Virus record (IMG/VR): IMGVR_UViG_3300045771_000019
Coordinates: 1-33,452 of that record
Length of the DNA stretch: 33,452 nt
Direction: 5' to 3' (one strand)
From: a virus
Lineage: Duplodnaviria > Caudoviricetes
Positions 16,474-25,136 of this stretch are shown one piece after another (position 1 is the stretch's first letter; the number at the start of each line of letters is the position of its first letter). The translations under genes and the position numbers were made by a program. Below the pieces are notes generated by a model. The model was given only the letters and a program-made list of their open reading frames with translations. It did not search any database and was not told the DNA's origin.

Positions 16474-16661
16474 AGACCTATTCAGAATGAGCATAGCGTG
16501 TTTCACGCCACGTAACAGGGATACCTCTCGATCTTACAGAGCCCTGTTCAGGAGACTCTCTTCACACCCATCATTACTCTCAGATGGACGCCCAAACTTG
16601 AAGAGACGGGCTATCACTTTCGGATAGTTCGCGATTTCTGGTGCTCACTCTAAATAGGTTT
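16474..16661. ncRNA. candidate multibranch structured RNA (~190 nt)
   Basis: Closing helix 16474-16494 with 16641-16661 (19 of 21 paired). Inner stems GCGTG/CACGC, AACAGGG-CTCT/AGAG-CCCTGTT, TCTCTTCA-CCATC/GATGG-TGAAGAGA and CTATC/GATAG. Confidence 0.55.
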
Positions 16662-16668
16662 ATGAACC

Positions 16669-16962
16669 ATGGGTAATTACACCTTCACAACAGAAGAGCT
16701 TGCTGCAATCACTTGGACTACCAAGGATAATAAGCAGTTAAAACTTAAAGAGATGACGGATAGTCACCTCAAAAATACCATTAGATACCTACGCAAGAAA
16801 GCAAATGAAGAACTCTCTGCCTATTGGAATGTAGGTTGCATGCTTCATGGAGAACAAGCCCAATATGATTGGGAGAACCAATGTGATGACGTTAATGAGC
16901 AACACCAATCTCGTCACATGTTGGCTGATGCCATGGAAGCAGAGATCGAACGAAGGAGATAA
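16669..16962 (+). CDS. hypothetical phage protein
   Basis: WTTKD.....KEMTDSHLKNTIRYL is a motif common in small phage proteins. Confidence 0.7.
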   Translation: MGNYTFTTEELAAITWTTKDNKQLKLKEMTDSHLKNTIRYLRKKANEELSAYWNVGCMLHGEQAQYDWENQCDDVNEQHQSRHMLADAMEAEIERRR

Positions 16963-16964
16963 CT

Positions 16965-17213
16965 ATGCGTTGGGTAGGCAAACTCACTGATCGTATTCGC
17001 TTCTTTAGAAAAGGTATTCGATCCAGTACACTCCACATTTATATGAAGTCTGGCAATGTCGTCGTCATTGATGGCATTGAACAATGGGAGTTTAAAGCTA
17101 ACGCATCAAGCGTTACCTCATTTAAGATAAAGTGGAGCAATCTCTCTACAAGAAGACTATTGGTCACAACTCTTGCACTCGATCAAATCGAAGCAATTGT
17201 CGAACAGTTCTGA
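16965..17213 (+). CDS. hypothetical protein
   Basis: AAGGAG SD, packed in the operon. Confidence 0.65.
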   Translation: MRWVGKLTDRIRFFRKGIRSSTLHIYMKSGNVVVIDGIEQWEFKANASSVTSFKIKWSNLSTRRLLVTTLALDQIEAIVEQF

Positions 17214-17572
17214 ACCAAGGAGAACACAATGACCCCCATCGAATATATTGAGTACACTGCAATCACAGCTGTAGCATTGCCAGTGATTGCATTTAGCTTG
17301 GCAGTGTCTGGACGTATAGTTCAGAAACTGATTGAGCGCTGGTCCAATGTTTAAGTTCATGGACATCATTGAAAACATACTCATCGCAGTGGTCTTACTA
17401 CTATGGATAGTAATAGTCTGTTCAATCCTCCACACTGTACCTAAAGATTTTGCTCGTATAAAGGTACAAGAGCTTAGACATGAATGAACAAGGTCCTGTT
17501 CTAATCATGGATGGGAAAGGTGCATATCCTTCAAACCTCGATAGAGCTATCGAAGAACAACGGAGATATTAC

Positions 17573-17959
17573 ATGGCTAAGACTGTGTTTGTGTTTGGTT
17601 CCAATGAAGCTGGAATCCATGGAGCTGGTGCAGCTAAGGATGCCTACAAGAACCATGGAGCTCAATGGGGCAAGTCCTATGGCCATTATGGCGATAGCTT
17701 TGCCATTCCCACCAAGGATGAAGACATCCAAACTCTCAGTCTCTACGAGATTGGTGAGTATGTGAAGGGCTTTGTTCGCTATGCAAAAGGACATCACAGA
17801 TTGAAGTTCCGTGTTACTCGCATTGGATGCGGGCTCGCTGGATATGAAGACAAGGACATTGCTCCTCTATTCAACTTCGCACCCATTAACTGCGAGTTTG
17901 ATGAGGCTTGGAAGCCTTGGCTCGGTAATGCTTATACATATTGGGGACATGTCGCTTGA
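17573..17959 (+). CDS. A1S_2505-family phage protein (FVFGSN..G.HG.GAA family)
   Basis: VFVFGSNEAGIHGAGAA, GDSFAIPT and F.VTRIGCGLAGY; GGAG SD before ATG 17573; alternative start at 17480. Confidence 0.78.
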   Translation: MAKTVFVFGSNEAGIHGAGAAKDAYKNHGAQWGKSYGHYGDSFAIPTKDEDIQTLSLYEIGEYVKGFVRYAKGHHRLKFRVTRIGCGLAGYEDKDIAPLFNFAPINCEFDEAWKPWLGNAYTYWGHVA

Positions 17960-18309
17960 TGGAAACTCTTCTTCATCGTGCAGATTACCAGAATGGTAAA
18001 CTCACCATCGAGTTCTCAGACGCTGCTCATCTAGGTAATGCCTGGATATGGGCGGATGGAGAAAATCTAACTACTGAGTTCGAGAGAGCCATTATGCATC
18101 TCATTCGTGTGGCTCTTGGTCGGTGTGTTCCTCGCACTGAGTTTGTGTATGAGGGTAACACACATGCTGCTGAACCAGGGAAAGAATGTAAACTTTCCAT
18201 CTCATCTGATTACATTAACCAGCCATCATTCATTTGGTTTGAGGAAGGTGGTATGCATGGTGGATTGATCTACCATTCCCATACCAAAACCTGGGGAATC
18301 CATACATGA
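17959..18309 (+). CDS. hypothetical protein (C-terminal HGGLIYH...WGIHT)
   Basis: TGATG coupling at 17957-17961. Confidence 0.65.
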   Translation: METLLHRADYQNGKLTIEFSDAAHLGNAWIWADGENLTTEFERAIMHLIRVALGRCVPRTEFVYEGNTHAAEPGKECKLSISSDYINQPSFIWFEEGGMHGGLIYHSHTKTWGIHT

Positions 18310-18599
18310 ACGTCACACTCTACAACATCAGACATCGAGAGAGTGGGAAGTATTTCCTACGTATGCTTATGTCAAGGACACACAGTGGCACCTGCTTTAA
18401 TCCAGAGGAATGGAATGGTGATGCTCAACGTCCACCCAGGCTATTCCCAAGCGAGAAATCTGCCAAGAAATTCCTAATCGAATGGCAGAAAGGTATCGCT
18501 TATCAGAATGGAAAGTATGGACTCTGCATCGATAAGCCCAAGTCTCCTCGTGATCAACACGAGATGGAGATCGTTCCAGTGGAGTTGAGCATCACATGA
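18306..18599 (+). CDS. hypothetical protein
   Basis: ATGA coupling; PRLF.S..SA...L..W..G motif. Confidence 0.65.
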   Translation: MNVTLYNIRHRESGKYFLRMLMSRTHSGTCFNPEEWNGDAQRPPRLFPSEKSAKKFLIEWQKGIAYQNGKYGLCIDKPKSPRDQHEMEIVPVELSIT

Positions 18600-18847
18600 G
18601 CGATACATCACTGCATAGTCCTCAACACAGGATGCGTAAGCTCGATAGCAATGGTACTGCTTACGAAGTCAATCACATCACAACTGTAGATGGGAACCAG
18701 AACTTCACAGACTTCAGACCAGGCTTTCCTGTCCTAAATCACGAGGGGCATTGGCTCGTTATACAAGTCATACTACCCAACGAGGAAGAGCACACTCTGT
18801 TTATTAACTGGGCTCACATAATCGCGATTGAGATCATAGAACTCTAA
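18596..18847 (+). CDS. hypothetical protein
   Basis: ATGA coupling. Confidence 0.55.
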   Translation: MSDTSLHSPQHRMRKLDSNGTAYEVNHITTVDGNQNFTDFRPGFPVLNHEGHWLVIQVILPNEEEHTLFINWAHIIAIEIIEL

Positions 18848-18857
18848 GGAGATCAAA

Positions 18858-19688
18858 ATGGGTGCCGAAACCTACCAGATGCAGCTCATCTCCCATCAGA
18901 TGGAGCTGGAGAAGCTCTACAGCAAGAATCAGACCATCCCTAGGATCAGGACTGAGTTCCAAAACTGTGAGGATGAGGACTTCGTTCAGTACCTCATTGA
19001 GAAGGAAATCCCTGTTAAGTTCGGTATTGATCTCCTGGTTCAGATGGCTCTCCATAAAAGAGCTGACATCAAAACCCTAATAGGTCTTCTATATGAGCAT
19101 CTCAAGAGTGCTCAAGCCACTGCTGACATGCTCCTCAAGGCTGCCAATGCCGATCTCGTGGACTACGATGTGGCCAATAGGCTCTTTGTTGTGAAATTCG
19201 AGATTTCTCAGGACGTTCAAGACGACCTGGATCGATTCCAGTATCCACTACCTATGGTTGTGGAACCTAAGCCCATTGAGGATAACTCCACCTCAGGGTA
19301 TTATATGAATCAGAGCAGCGTCATTCTGAAACATAATCACCATGAGGATGATGTCTGCCTCGATCACCTCAACAGAATGAACAGCATCAAGCTGACCATC
19401 AATGAGACCACGGCTAAGATGGTCCACAACAAGTGGAAAAATCTGGACAAGCCTAAGGAAGGTGAAGAGCATGAAGAATACATGTCTCGTAAGCGTGCTT
19501 TCCTGAAGTATGACAGGACTGCCAAAGACGTAATAGCTCTGCTCATGCAGCACAGCGATCACTTCTACCTAACTCACAAGTACGACAAGCGTGGTCGAAT
19601 CTACTGCCAAGGCTACCATGTCAATTACCAAGGTACTCCTTGGAACAAAAGTGTAGTCGAATTTGCTGAGAAGGAGATTGTCGAATGA
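18858..19688 (+). CDS. N4-like RNA polymerase II subunit 1 (gp15)
   Basis: QYPLPMVVEP, GYY, NHHE.DVCLDHLN.MN and THKYDKRGRIYCQGYHVNYQG (Dx2GR motif of T7-type RNAPs). Confidence 0.93.
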   Translation: MGAETYQMQLISHQMELEKLYSKNQTIPRIRTEFQNCEDEDFVQYLIEKEIPVKFGIDLLVQMALHKRADIKTLIGLLYEHLKSAQATADMLLKAANADLVDYDVANRLFVVKFEISQDVQDDLDRFQYPLPMVVEPKPIEDNSTSGYYMNQSSVILKHNHHEDDVCLDHLNRMNSIKLTINETTAKMVHNKWKNLDKPKEGEEHEEYMSRKRAFLKYDRTAKDVIALLMQHSDHFYLTHKYDKRGRIYCQGYHVNYQGTPWNKSVVEFAEKEIVE

Positions 19689-20020
19689 GCCAGGAAGAGA
19701 AAACTAAGAAGATTCGTGAGCTGAATGATCAGTTTCGTACTACCTTCTATGGTGGTCGAGTTGTCATGACTCAAGGAGTCAATACTCTTGAGCCTATTAA
19801 GCTCAAGGCTTTGCTGCTTGCTGTTCAGCAAGATACTAGCTTTGAAAAAGCTAATGATCCCTACGAAGAGCACGACTTCAGCAAGATTCTCTTCGATGGA
19901 GAGGATTACCTCTGGAAGATCGATTACTACGATCTCAAACTTGAGTATGGATCTGAGGATCCCTCAGACTCATCAAAGACAACTCGTGTCTTGACCATCA
20001 TGAAAGCTAACGAGTATTAA
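19685..20020 (+). CDS. DUF3768 domain protein
   Basis: IRELNDQFR, T.GV, NDPY.EHDF, WKIDYYD, GS.DP.D and T.RVLTIM...EY. Confidence 0.88.
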   Translation: MSQEEKTKKIRELNDQFRTTFYGGRVVMTQGVNTLEPIKLKALLLAVQQDTSFEKANDPYEEHDFSKILFDGEDYLWKIDYYDLKLEYGSEDPSDSSKTTRVLTIMKANEY

Positions 20021-20026
20021 GCTTGC

Positions 20027-20269
20027 ATGAGCAAGCGACGAAACTACTCCTATGACACACGTTATGAAAACTCCCCTGCTCAAGTTAAGCATAGGGAAGA
20101 GCGTAACAAAGCTCGATATGATGTCGAGCACCACATCCACACAGCAATTAAACTGCATGCTGGGCAGGATGTAGACCACAAGAAATCCCTTGAAGGTCAT
20201 GGGTCTAATAGCCCATCAAACTGGAGAGCTCGCTCTGTTCACTCCAATAGGGGTGACAAGCACTTTTGA
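20027..20269 (+). CDS. small HNH endonuclease
   Basis: R..RNKAR...DVDHKKSL..HGSN..SN......H.NR. Confidence 0.78.
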   Translation: MSKRRNYSYDTRYENSPAQVKHREERNKARYDVEHHIHTAIKLHAGQDVDHKKSLEGHGSNSPSNWRARSVHSNRGDKHF

Positions 20270-20344
20270 GGCTGTAGCTCAATGGATAGAGCGCTCTTCA
20301 TCGACTGAGGGGGTCAGCAGTGGGTTCGATTCCCACCAGCCTCA
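20268..20344 (+). tRNA. tRNA-like gene (Arg-type D arm) with non-canonical anticodon arm
   Basis: Acceptor GAGGCTG/CAGCCTC, D arm GCTC-AATGGATA-GAGC, T arm GTGGG-TTCGATT-CCCAC. The anticodon arm folds as 7 bp with a 5-nt loop TCGAC. No encoded CCA. Confidence 0.7.
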
Positions 20345-20374
20345 ACCCAACAATCTGAAATTATGGAGGTTATA

Positions 20375-20863
20375 ATGACCCACCCCACCGATCCCGCGAG
20401 CGTCATGCGCGATGTTCTTGCCGAGCGAGAACGCCAGAAATCGGTCGAAGGCTGGACGCTCGAACATGACGATATGCACACGAACGGCGAGATAGCCGAC
20501 GCTGCGGCGTTCTATGCCGCTACTTCGACGATTTTTCGTGAGGTCCGAGTTCCTCCTTTAATAGGAAAGATGGTGCAGGTCTGGCCGTGGGACGCGCGCT
20601 GGTGGAAGCCTAAAGACCGCCGCTACGACCTCGTGCGCGCCGGCGCGCTCATCCTCGCCGAGATTGAGCGATTGGATCGCGCCGCCGGCATCCCTCTCCC
20701 CACCGCCCAGCCCGACAATCGCCGGAGCGAGGCGGAGATACGGGCGGAGATTGCGCGGCTGACGGGGTTGATCGACGAACCGCGCCGCAAGACATACTTC
20801 CTGTTGCTGGCCCGGCGTGAGGCGATGCAGTGGGTTCTCAACGAACAGGATACGGGAAGATGA
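20375..20863 (+). CDS. conserved phage hypothetical protein
   Basis: AERERQ..VEGW..EHDD.H..GE.A.AAA.YA...WPW...WWKP...R.DLVRAGALILAEIERLDR; GGAGG SD before ATG 20375. Confidence 0.8.
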   Translation: MTHPTDPASVMRDVLAERERQKSVEGWTLEHDDMHTNGEIADAAAFYAATSTIFREVRVPPLIGKMVQVWPWDARWWKPKDRRYDLVRAGALILAEIERLDRAAGIPLPTAQPDNRRSEAEIRAEIARLTGLIDEPRRKTYFLLLARREAMQWVLNEQDTGR

Positions 20864-21321
20864 GCGAGTACGACAAGATGGCTCTTAGAAACTCTCGCGA
20901 AGAAAACAACCGTCTTATTCGAGAGTCTCACGAACTTCTCACCCGCGCCGAAAAGGCGGAACGTGAACGGGATGAGGCGCGGGCGAGCGGGAGGCTGTTA
21001 GTAGAGGCGAACACGCTTCATTTTGATCGCGCCGAGAAGGCGGAATCCGAGCGCGACGAACTACGCAGCTTTCTTGAAGACATAACCGAGCAGCACAACG
21101 ACCTCAACGACGCGGCGTTGAAGCGCGACGCCGAAATCGACGACCTTCGCGGCCTCATCGCGCGGGCGGTGGAGTCGATTGAGCCGTTCGAGAAAGCTTA
21201 CGAGCGCATGACGCCGGACCAACGCTCGCGCGAACACACGCATTTTCTTGGCATAACGTCAGATTTCCGCCGTCTCACCGCCCTCGCCACAGACCTCCGC
21301 AGGGCGGGAGAGGGAGCATGA
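20860..21321 (+). CDS. coiled-coil hypothetical protein with duplicated RAEKAE.ERDE
   Basis: ATGA coupling at 20860. Confidence 0.65.
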   Translation: MSEYDKMALRNSREENNRLIRESHELLTRAEKAERERDEARASGRLLVEANTLHFDRAEKAESERDELRSFLEDITEQHNDLNDAALKRDAEIDDLRGLIARAVESIEPFEKAYERMTPDQRSREHTHFLGITSDFRRLTALATDLRRAGEGA

Positions 21322-21539
21322 GCGCCTCGTCGCCGATCTCGGTCAAGCGTGACTATCTTTTCCTCGGCTGTCAGGTCGGCCACGACTGGGAAACGCTCGG
21401 CAGCCGCAACTGCGGTTGTGAGTATGGCGGCTGTTCGATCCCGGTCATGTTCTGCCGGCGCTGCGGCAGTTGCGACTACGGCGACAACGCAGAGGCCGAA
21501 CAGACCCGGCGCGAGTGCAAGGCGGGAGAGGGGACATGA
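21318..21539 (+). CDS. small Cys-rich (Zn-binding) protein
   Basis: C...GHDW...NCGC...CS.PV..C.RCG.CDYGDN; ATGA coupling. Confidence 0.65.
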   Translation: MSASSPISVKRDYLFLGCQVGHDWETLGSRNCGCEYGGCSIPVMFCRRCGSCDYGDNAEAEQTRRECKAGEGT

Positions 21540-21790
21540 GCAAGTGGAAGCGCTTCGACGCCTGGCAGCACCAGACCTTTGTAAACTCAGTTTCCTTGGC
21601 TCTCATCGCTATGGAAAACATCATCTGGAGTCACACTGCTACCGGCAGAACCAAGGACTTAGCTACATTAATACGACCCTTGTTAGGTGAATTGCAGAAC
21701 TCTTTGAAGGATCAAGTTAATCCTCCAGAGGGCTCTAAGCGGCGCTTTAGTGCTGTTTTGGGGGCAGAAAGCGCCGAGCTTGTCGAGTGA
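21536..21790 (+). CDS. hypothetical protein
   Basis: ATGA coupling at 21536 (MSKWKRF...) with a GAGGGG SD. Confidence 0.55.
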   Translation: MSKWKRFDAWQHQTFVNSVSLALIAMENIIWSHTATGRTKDLATLIRPLLGELQNSLKDQVNPPEGSKRRFSAVLGAESAELVE

Positions 21791-21808
21791 TTCCTGTGTC
21801 CGATAATC

Positions 21809-22345
21809 TTGACTTACCAGACATACTGTCAACACTGTAAACATAGATCGAGATTTCTGAAAATGGCAAACACTGCCATCACAAAGGCAAGCACAATTAC
21901 CCGTTTCCAGAAATATGTAGGACCTCAGCAGGCATGTGGCTGTAGATTCTGGATTGGTGGAACTCGGGGAGACTATGGGTTTTTCCGAGTTTCAACCGAT
22001 GAACGTGATAATGCTCATCGTGTAGCGTATAGAATCTACAAAGGAACAATTCCTAACGGAAAATTGGTACGGCATAGTTGTGATATGCCACTATGTGTAG
22101 AAGAACAACATTTGCTTATAGGTACATATAAAGACAACACTCAAGATATGATTAAGCGTGGACGTTCAAAACTAAGTTCCAATCTTCCATTTGGTCAAAA
22201 ACATCCAAGCGCAAAACTCACCGAAGATGAGGTCGAAGAAATTCGACACGATACCCGTTCTCAACGAACGATTGCCAAAGACTTTGGTATAAGCCAACCG
22301 CAAGTCTCATATATTAAACGATACATGAGCCGAGTATTGGCTTAA
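21809..22345 (+). CDS. HNH homing endonuclease (HNH_3 plus C-terminal HTH)
   Basis: C..W.G....YG.F, AHRVAY, VRHSCD.P.CV...HL..GT..DN.QDM and AKLT...V.EIR...SQR.IA..FGIS. The start may be 21863. Confidence 0.88.
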   Translation: MTYQTYCQHCKHRSRFLKMANTAITKASTITRFQKYVGPQQACGCRFWIGGTRGDYGFFRVSTDERDNAHRVAYRIYKGTIPNGKLVRHSCDMPLCVEEQHLLIGTYKDNTQDMIKRGRSKLSSNLPFGQKHPSAKLTEDEVEEIRHDTRSQRTIAKDFGISQPQVSYIKRYMSRVLA

Positions 22346-22397
22346 ATTCATTTATCGGACATAATGTTGACAATGTTAACTTAGGAGCCAGAAAGGC

Positions 22398-22610
22398 ATG
22401 CAGCTACGAGCAGACGCCCAGGATGTGAAGAACGCTCTAATTTATATCGCGGATAAAGTGATCCTTACCGATGGCACTCACAACATTCGCCTTCATGAGA
22501 TCAATCCGATTGAGGATAAAGGCAACGACTGGTTCATTCTGACATTTGAAAATGGACAGAGATTCATCGTTGGGATTCAGGCCATTATGGATCGAGCTGA
22601 AGAGCTCTGA
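22398..22610 (+). CDS. hypothetical protein
   Basis: AGGAG SD. Confidence 0.55.
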   Translation: MQLRADAQDVKNALIYIADKVILTDGTHNIRLHEINPIEDKGNDWFILTFENGQRFIVGIQAIMDRAEEL

Positions 22611-22740
22611 ACGAACGTGCCACTTGGTATGTGGCTAGTGAGAGACGAAACTCTCATGATGAGAAGGGGAGTGACCGCCCTACAAAAAAGGCTCCTCGCA
22701 GAGGGCCACTCATCTTTATCATTCTATATGTCTACAGGAG

Positions 22741-24024
22741 ATGACTATGCAGACCTTCACTGGCCGTGAGTACCTTCAGATCGACATCGCCAATAACTTT
22801 GGCTTGGATAAGAAAAGCTGGCAGGATCGTCTGGAATGGTTCGAAGAGCATCAAGACCATCTCCCTAGCATGCTGCACCAGGCCGAAGAGCCTGCTCTCT
22901 TCTTCGCTGGAGTCCAAGCCTGGGAGCAAGTCCAAAAGGGTCAGCCTATCGGCTATCCTATCTCACTCGATGCCACAAGCTCAGGTTTGCAGCTGCTGAC
23001 TGTGCTCACTGGAGATCGTAAGGCTGCTGAAATCTGCAATGTGGTCGATGTGGGTTATCGCTCAGACGCTTACACCACCGTTTACAACAACATGATTCAG
23101 CAACTGGGTGAAGACAATCTGGTGCCTGAGCCTACAAAACTGGCTCCTGGACCCCAACTTCAGATCCTGACGACCTATGTGGCGAAAATCACTCGTGAGG
23201 ATGTCAAGCGATCTGTGATGACGGCTCTCTATGGCTCAACGGCAGTGCCTAAGGAGGTATTCGGTAAAGGTGCTCAGCTCGAAGCCTTCCTCAATGTCAT
23301 GGAGCAAATTGCTCCTGCGGCCTGGGAACTCAATCAGCACTTCCTCGATATATGGAATGACAACGCCCTTTCGAACGATTGGGTGCTGCCTGACAATTTC
23401 CATGTCCATGTGAAAGTCATGTCTCAGGATATTGAGACAATCCATGTGCTCAACGAGCCCATTGAGATCGTTCACAAAGTCAATGCTCCCGTAAAGGAAG
23501 GACGCTCTCTTGGAGCTAATACCATTCACTCCGTGGATGGCTTCATATGCCGGGAGATGGCTCGTCGCTGTGACTATGATCCTGCCTGGATCGAGCTGCT
23601 GCGCCAGATGCTCAACGATGAAGTGGAGTTCCACTTCGAAGGTAAAAAGCAGAAAACTGAAGCCCATAAAATGGTGGGCATTCTCTGGAAGCACTTCCAG
23701 GATAGCAGATACCTGTCAGCTCGAATCCTGGACTATCTCGACAGCGATACACTCGTGTTCGTGGACAGCGCTGAGATTCTCAAGCTGATCGACTCTATGC
23801 CTGCTAAGCCGTTCAAGATGCTGCAAATTCACGATTGTTTTCGGGTTCTTCCTCAGTATGGGAACGATCTCCGAACTCAGTATAACTTGCAGCTGCATCT
23901 ACTCGCAAAGAGTGATGTGCTTAGCTTCCTACTCAGCCAACTCGTTGGACGTGAAGTCAAGATCAACAAGCTTGATGACACACTTGCTCAGGATATCTTA
24001 GATAGCGATTATGCCTTGAGCTGA
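22741..24024 (+). CDS. N4-like RNA polymerase II subunit 2 (gp16)
   Basis: YLQIDIANNFGLDK, motif A LDATSSGLQ, motif B R..VK..VMT.LYGS, AN.IHS.DG and motif C IHDCF. Confidence 0.95.
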   Translation: MTMQTFTGREYLQIDIANNFGLDKKSWQDRLEWFEEHQDHLPSMLHQAEEPALFFAGVQAWEQVQKGQPIGYPISLDATSSGLQLLTVLTGDRKAAEICNVVDVGYRSDAYTTVYNNMIQQLGEDNLVPEPTKLAPGPQLQILTTYVAKITREDVKRSVMTALYGSTAVPKEVFGKGAQLEAFLNVMEQIAPAAWELNQHFLDIWNDNALSNDWVLPDNFHVHVKVMSQDIETIHVLNEPIEIVHKVNAPVKEGRSLGANTIHSVDGFICREMARRCDYDPAWIELLRQMLNDEVEFHFEGKKQKTEAHKMVGILWKHFQDSRYLSARILDYLDSDTLVFVDSAEILKLIDSMPAKPFKMLQIHDCFRVLPQYGNDLRTQYNLQLHLLAKSDVLSFLLSQLVGREVKINKLDDTLAQDILDSDYALS

Positions 24025-24045
24025 TTAATGTTGAAGAGAGAAATA

Positions 24046-24621
24046 ATGGCCAAATGGTCAATCGATAAGCTCATATCAGGAGCCAAGGCATATGGTATTA
24101 TGCGTGGTTCATTAGGTGGGCATAAGCGTTGGTTTGCTACCTGTGCTTGTGGAGTAAAAGCAAGCATAGGGTTTCCAATAAATACTAGCACTGAAAAGTT
24201 AGTGTCTACATTCAGAGCTAGTGGTTTCACCATAGACACTAAACACAAACCAATCTGTCCAGCCTGTTCTAAGAAAGATCATGGTATGTCCCGTACTGCT
24301 ATTGCTCCTGATCCTAAGCTTGCTCGTAAAGTCTTTGGAGCTCTCGAAGATCACTTCGATGAGATCAAGAAACTCTACAAGCCCGGTTGGTCTGACACCA
24401 AGATCGCTACCGATCTCGGTGTGAGCCCTGAACTCGTCATCTCCCTACGTAAGGGAGCCTTTGGTGAACTGGCTGAAGATCCTCATCTAACCCAGTTCAG
24501 AGACGACATCGAGCTCCTCAAGATGGAGTTCAGCGATAAGTTCGCTACGCTTTCTACTGACTTCACCAAGCGTCTTGGTGAGCTTGAAGGTCGTATCGCT
24601 GCATTCAAGAAGGTAGCGTAA
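24046..24621 (+). CDS. hypothetical protein with CxC/CxxC Zn motif, HTH-like segment and coiled-coil tail
   Basis: CACG...CPAC and Y..GWSD.KIA..LGV; start is 24028 or 24046. Confidence 0.65.
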   Translation: MAKWSIDKLISGAKAYGIMRGSLGGHKRWFATCACGVKASIGFPINTSTEKLVSTFRASGFTIDTKHKPICPACSKKDHGMSRTAIAPDPKLARKVFGALEDHFDEIKKLYKPGWSDTKIATDLGVSPELVISLRKGAFGELAEDPHLTQFRDDIELLKMEFSDKFATLSTDFTKRLGELEGRIAAFKKVA

Positions 24622-24896
24622 TGAGTCAGATCCCCCAGATAGGTAGTGCTGTCGTTCAGTTCGGCGCTTCCTGGTGTCAGCCATGTCACCAGATCCAGCC
24701 TCATGTGGAAGCTATGGCTCACACAATGGCTGCTCAGTTCATCTACATCGACATGGAGAAGCATGTCAGTTTGACGAATGGCTACAACATTCGCTCTCTA
24801 CCGACCATCATTGCCTTCCGTGATGGTAGAGAAGTTGGTCGTGTGGCTGGAGCTAACAAGAAGCAGATCCAGTCCATGCTGGAGTCCACTATTTAG
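24621..24896 (+). CDS. thioredoxin
   Basis: F.ASWCQPC active site; IRSLPTI.AF.DG.EV.RV.G. Confidence 0.92.
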   Translation: MSQIPQIGSAVVQFGASWCQPCHQIQPHVEAMAHTMAAQFIYIDMEKHVSLTNGYNIRSLPTIIAFRDGREVGRVAGANKKQIQSMLESTI

Positions 24897-24925
24897 CTTA
24901 ACTCACTCTCACATAGGAGACTACC

Positions 24926-25135
24926 ATGAGCATCAATGAGTTTCTGGCTGACATGGATGAGGATGATTATCCTCATTCCCTTGGTCCATGGCGGTCTTTC
25001 GATGCCTTCGATCCGCCTTATAAGCGTATCGAGCTTCGTCAGATGCGATCACTAGGTGTGATCCAGCTTGATGAACGTGAGAAGCGCTTTCGCCTAACTC
25101 TCTTTGCCACTGATCAACACGAGAAGGCTGCTTAA
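24926..25135 (+). CDS. hypothetical protein
   Basis: AGGAG SD. Confidence 0.6.
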   Translation: MSINEFLADMDEDDYPHSLGPWRSFDAFDPPYKRIELRQMRSLGVIQLDEREKRFRLTLFATDQHEKAA

Positions 25136-25136
25136 T

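Noticed and set aside
21809-22345. Group I intron around the HNH gene
   Set aside because: The flanking genes are intact and I saw no intron core elements; the HNH looks free-standing.
22639-22665. Hammerhead ribozyme (GAAA and TGATGA words)
   Set aside because: The core reads ATGATGA rather than CTGATGA, and GAAA sits in a hairpin loop; the stems do not give hammerhead topology.
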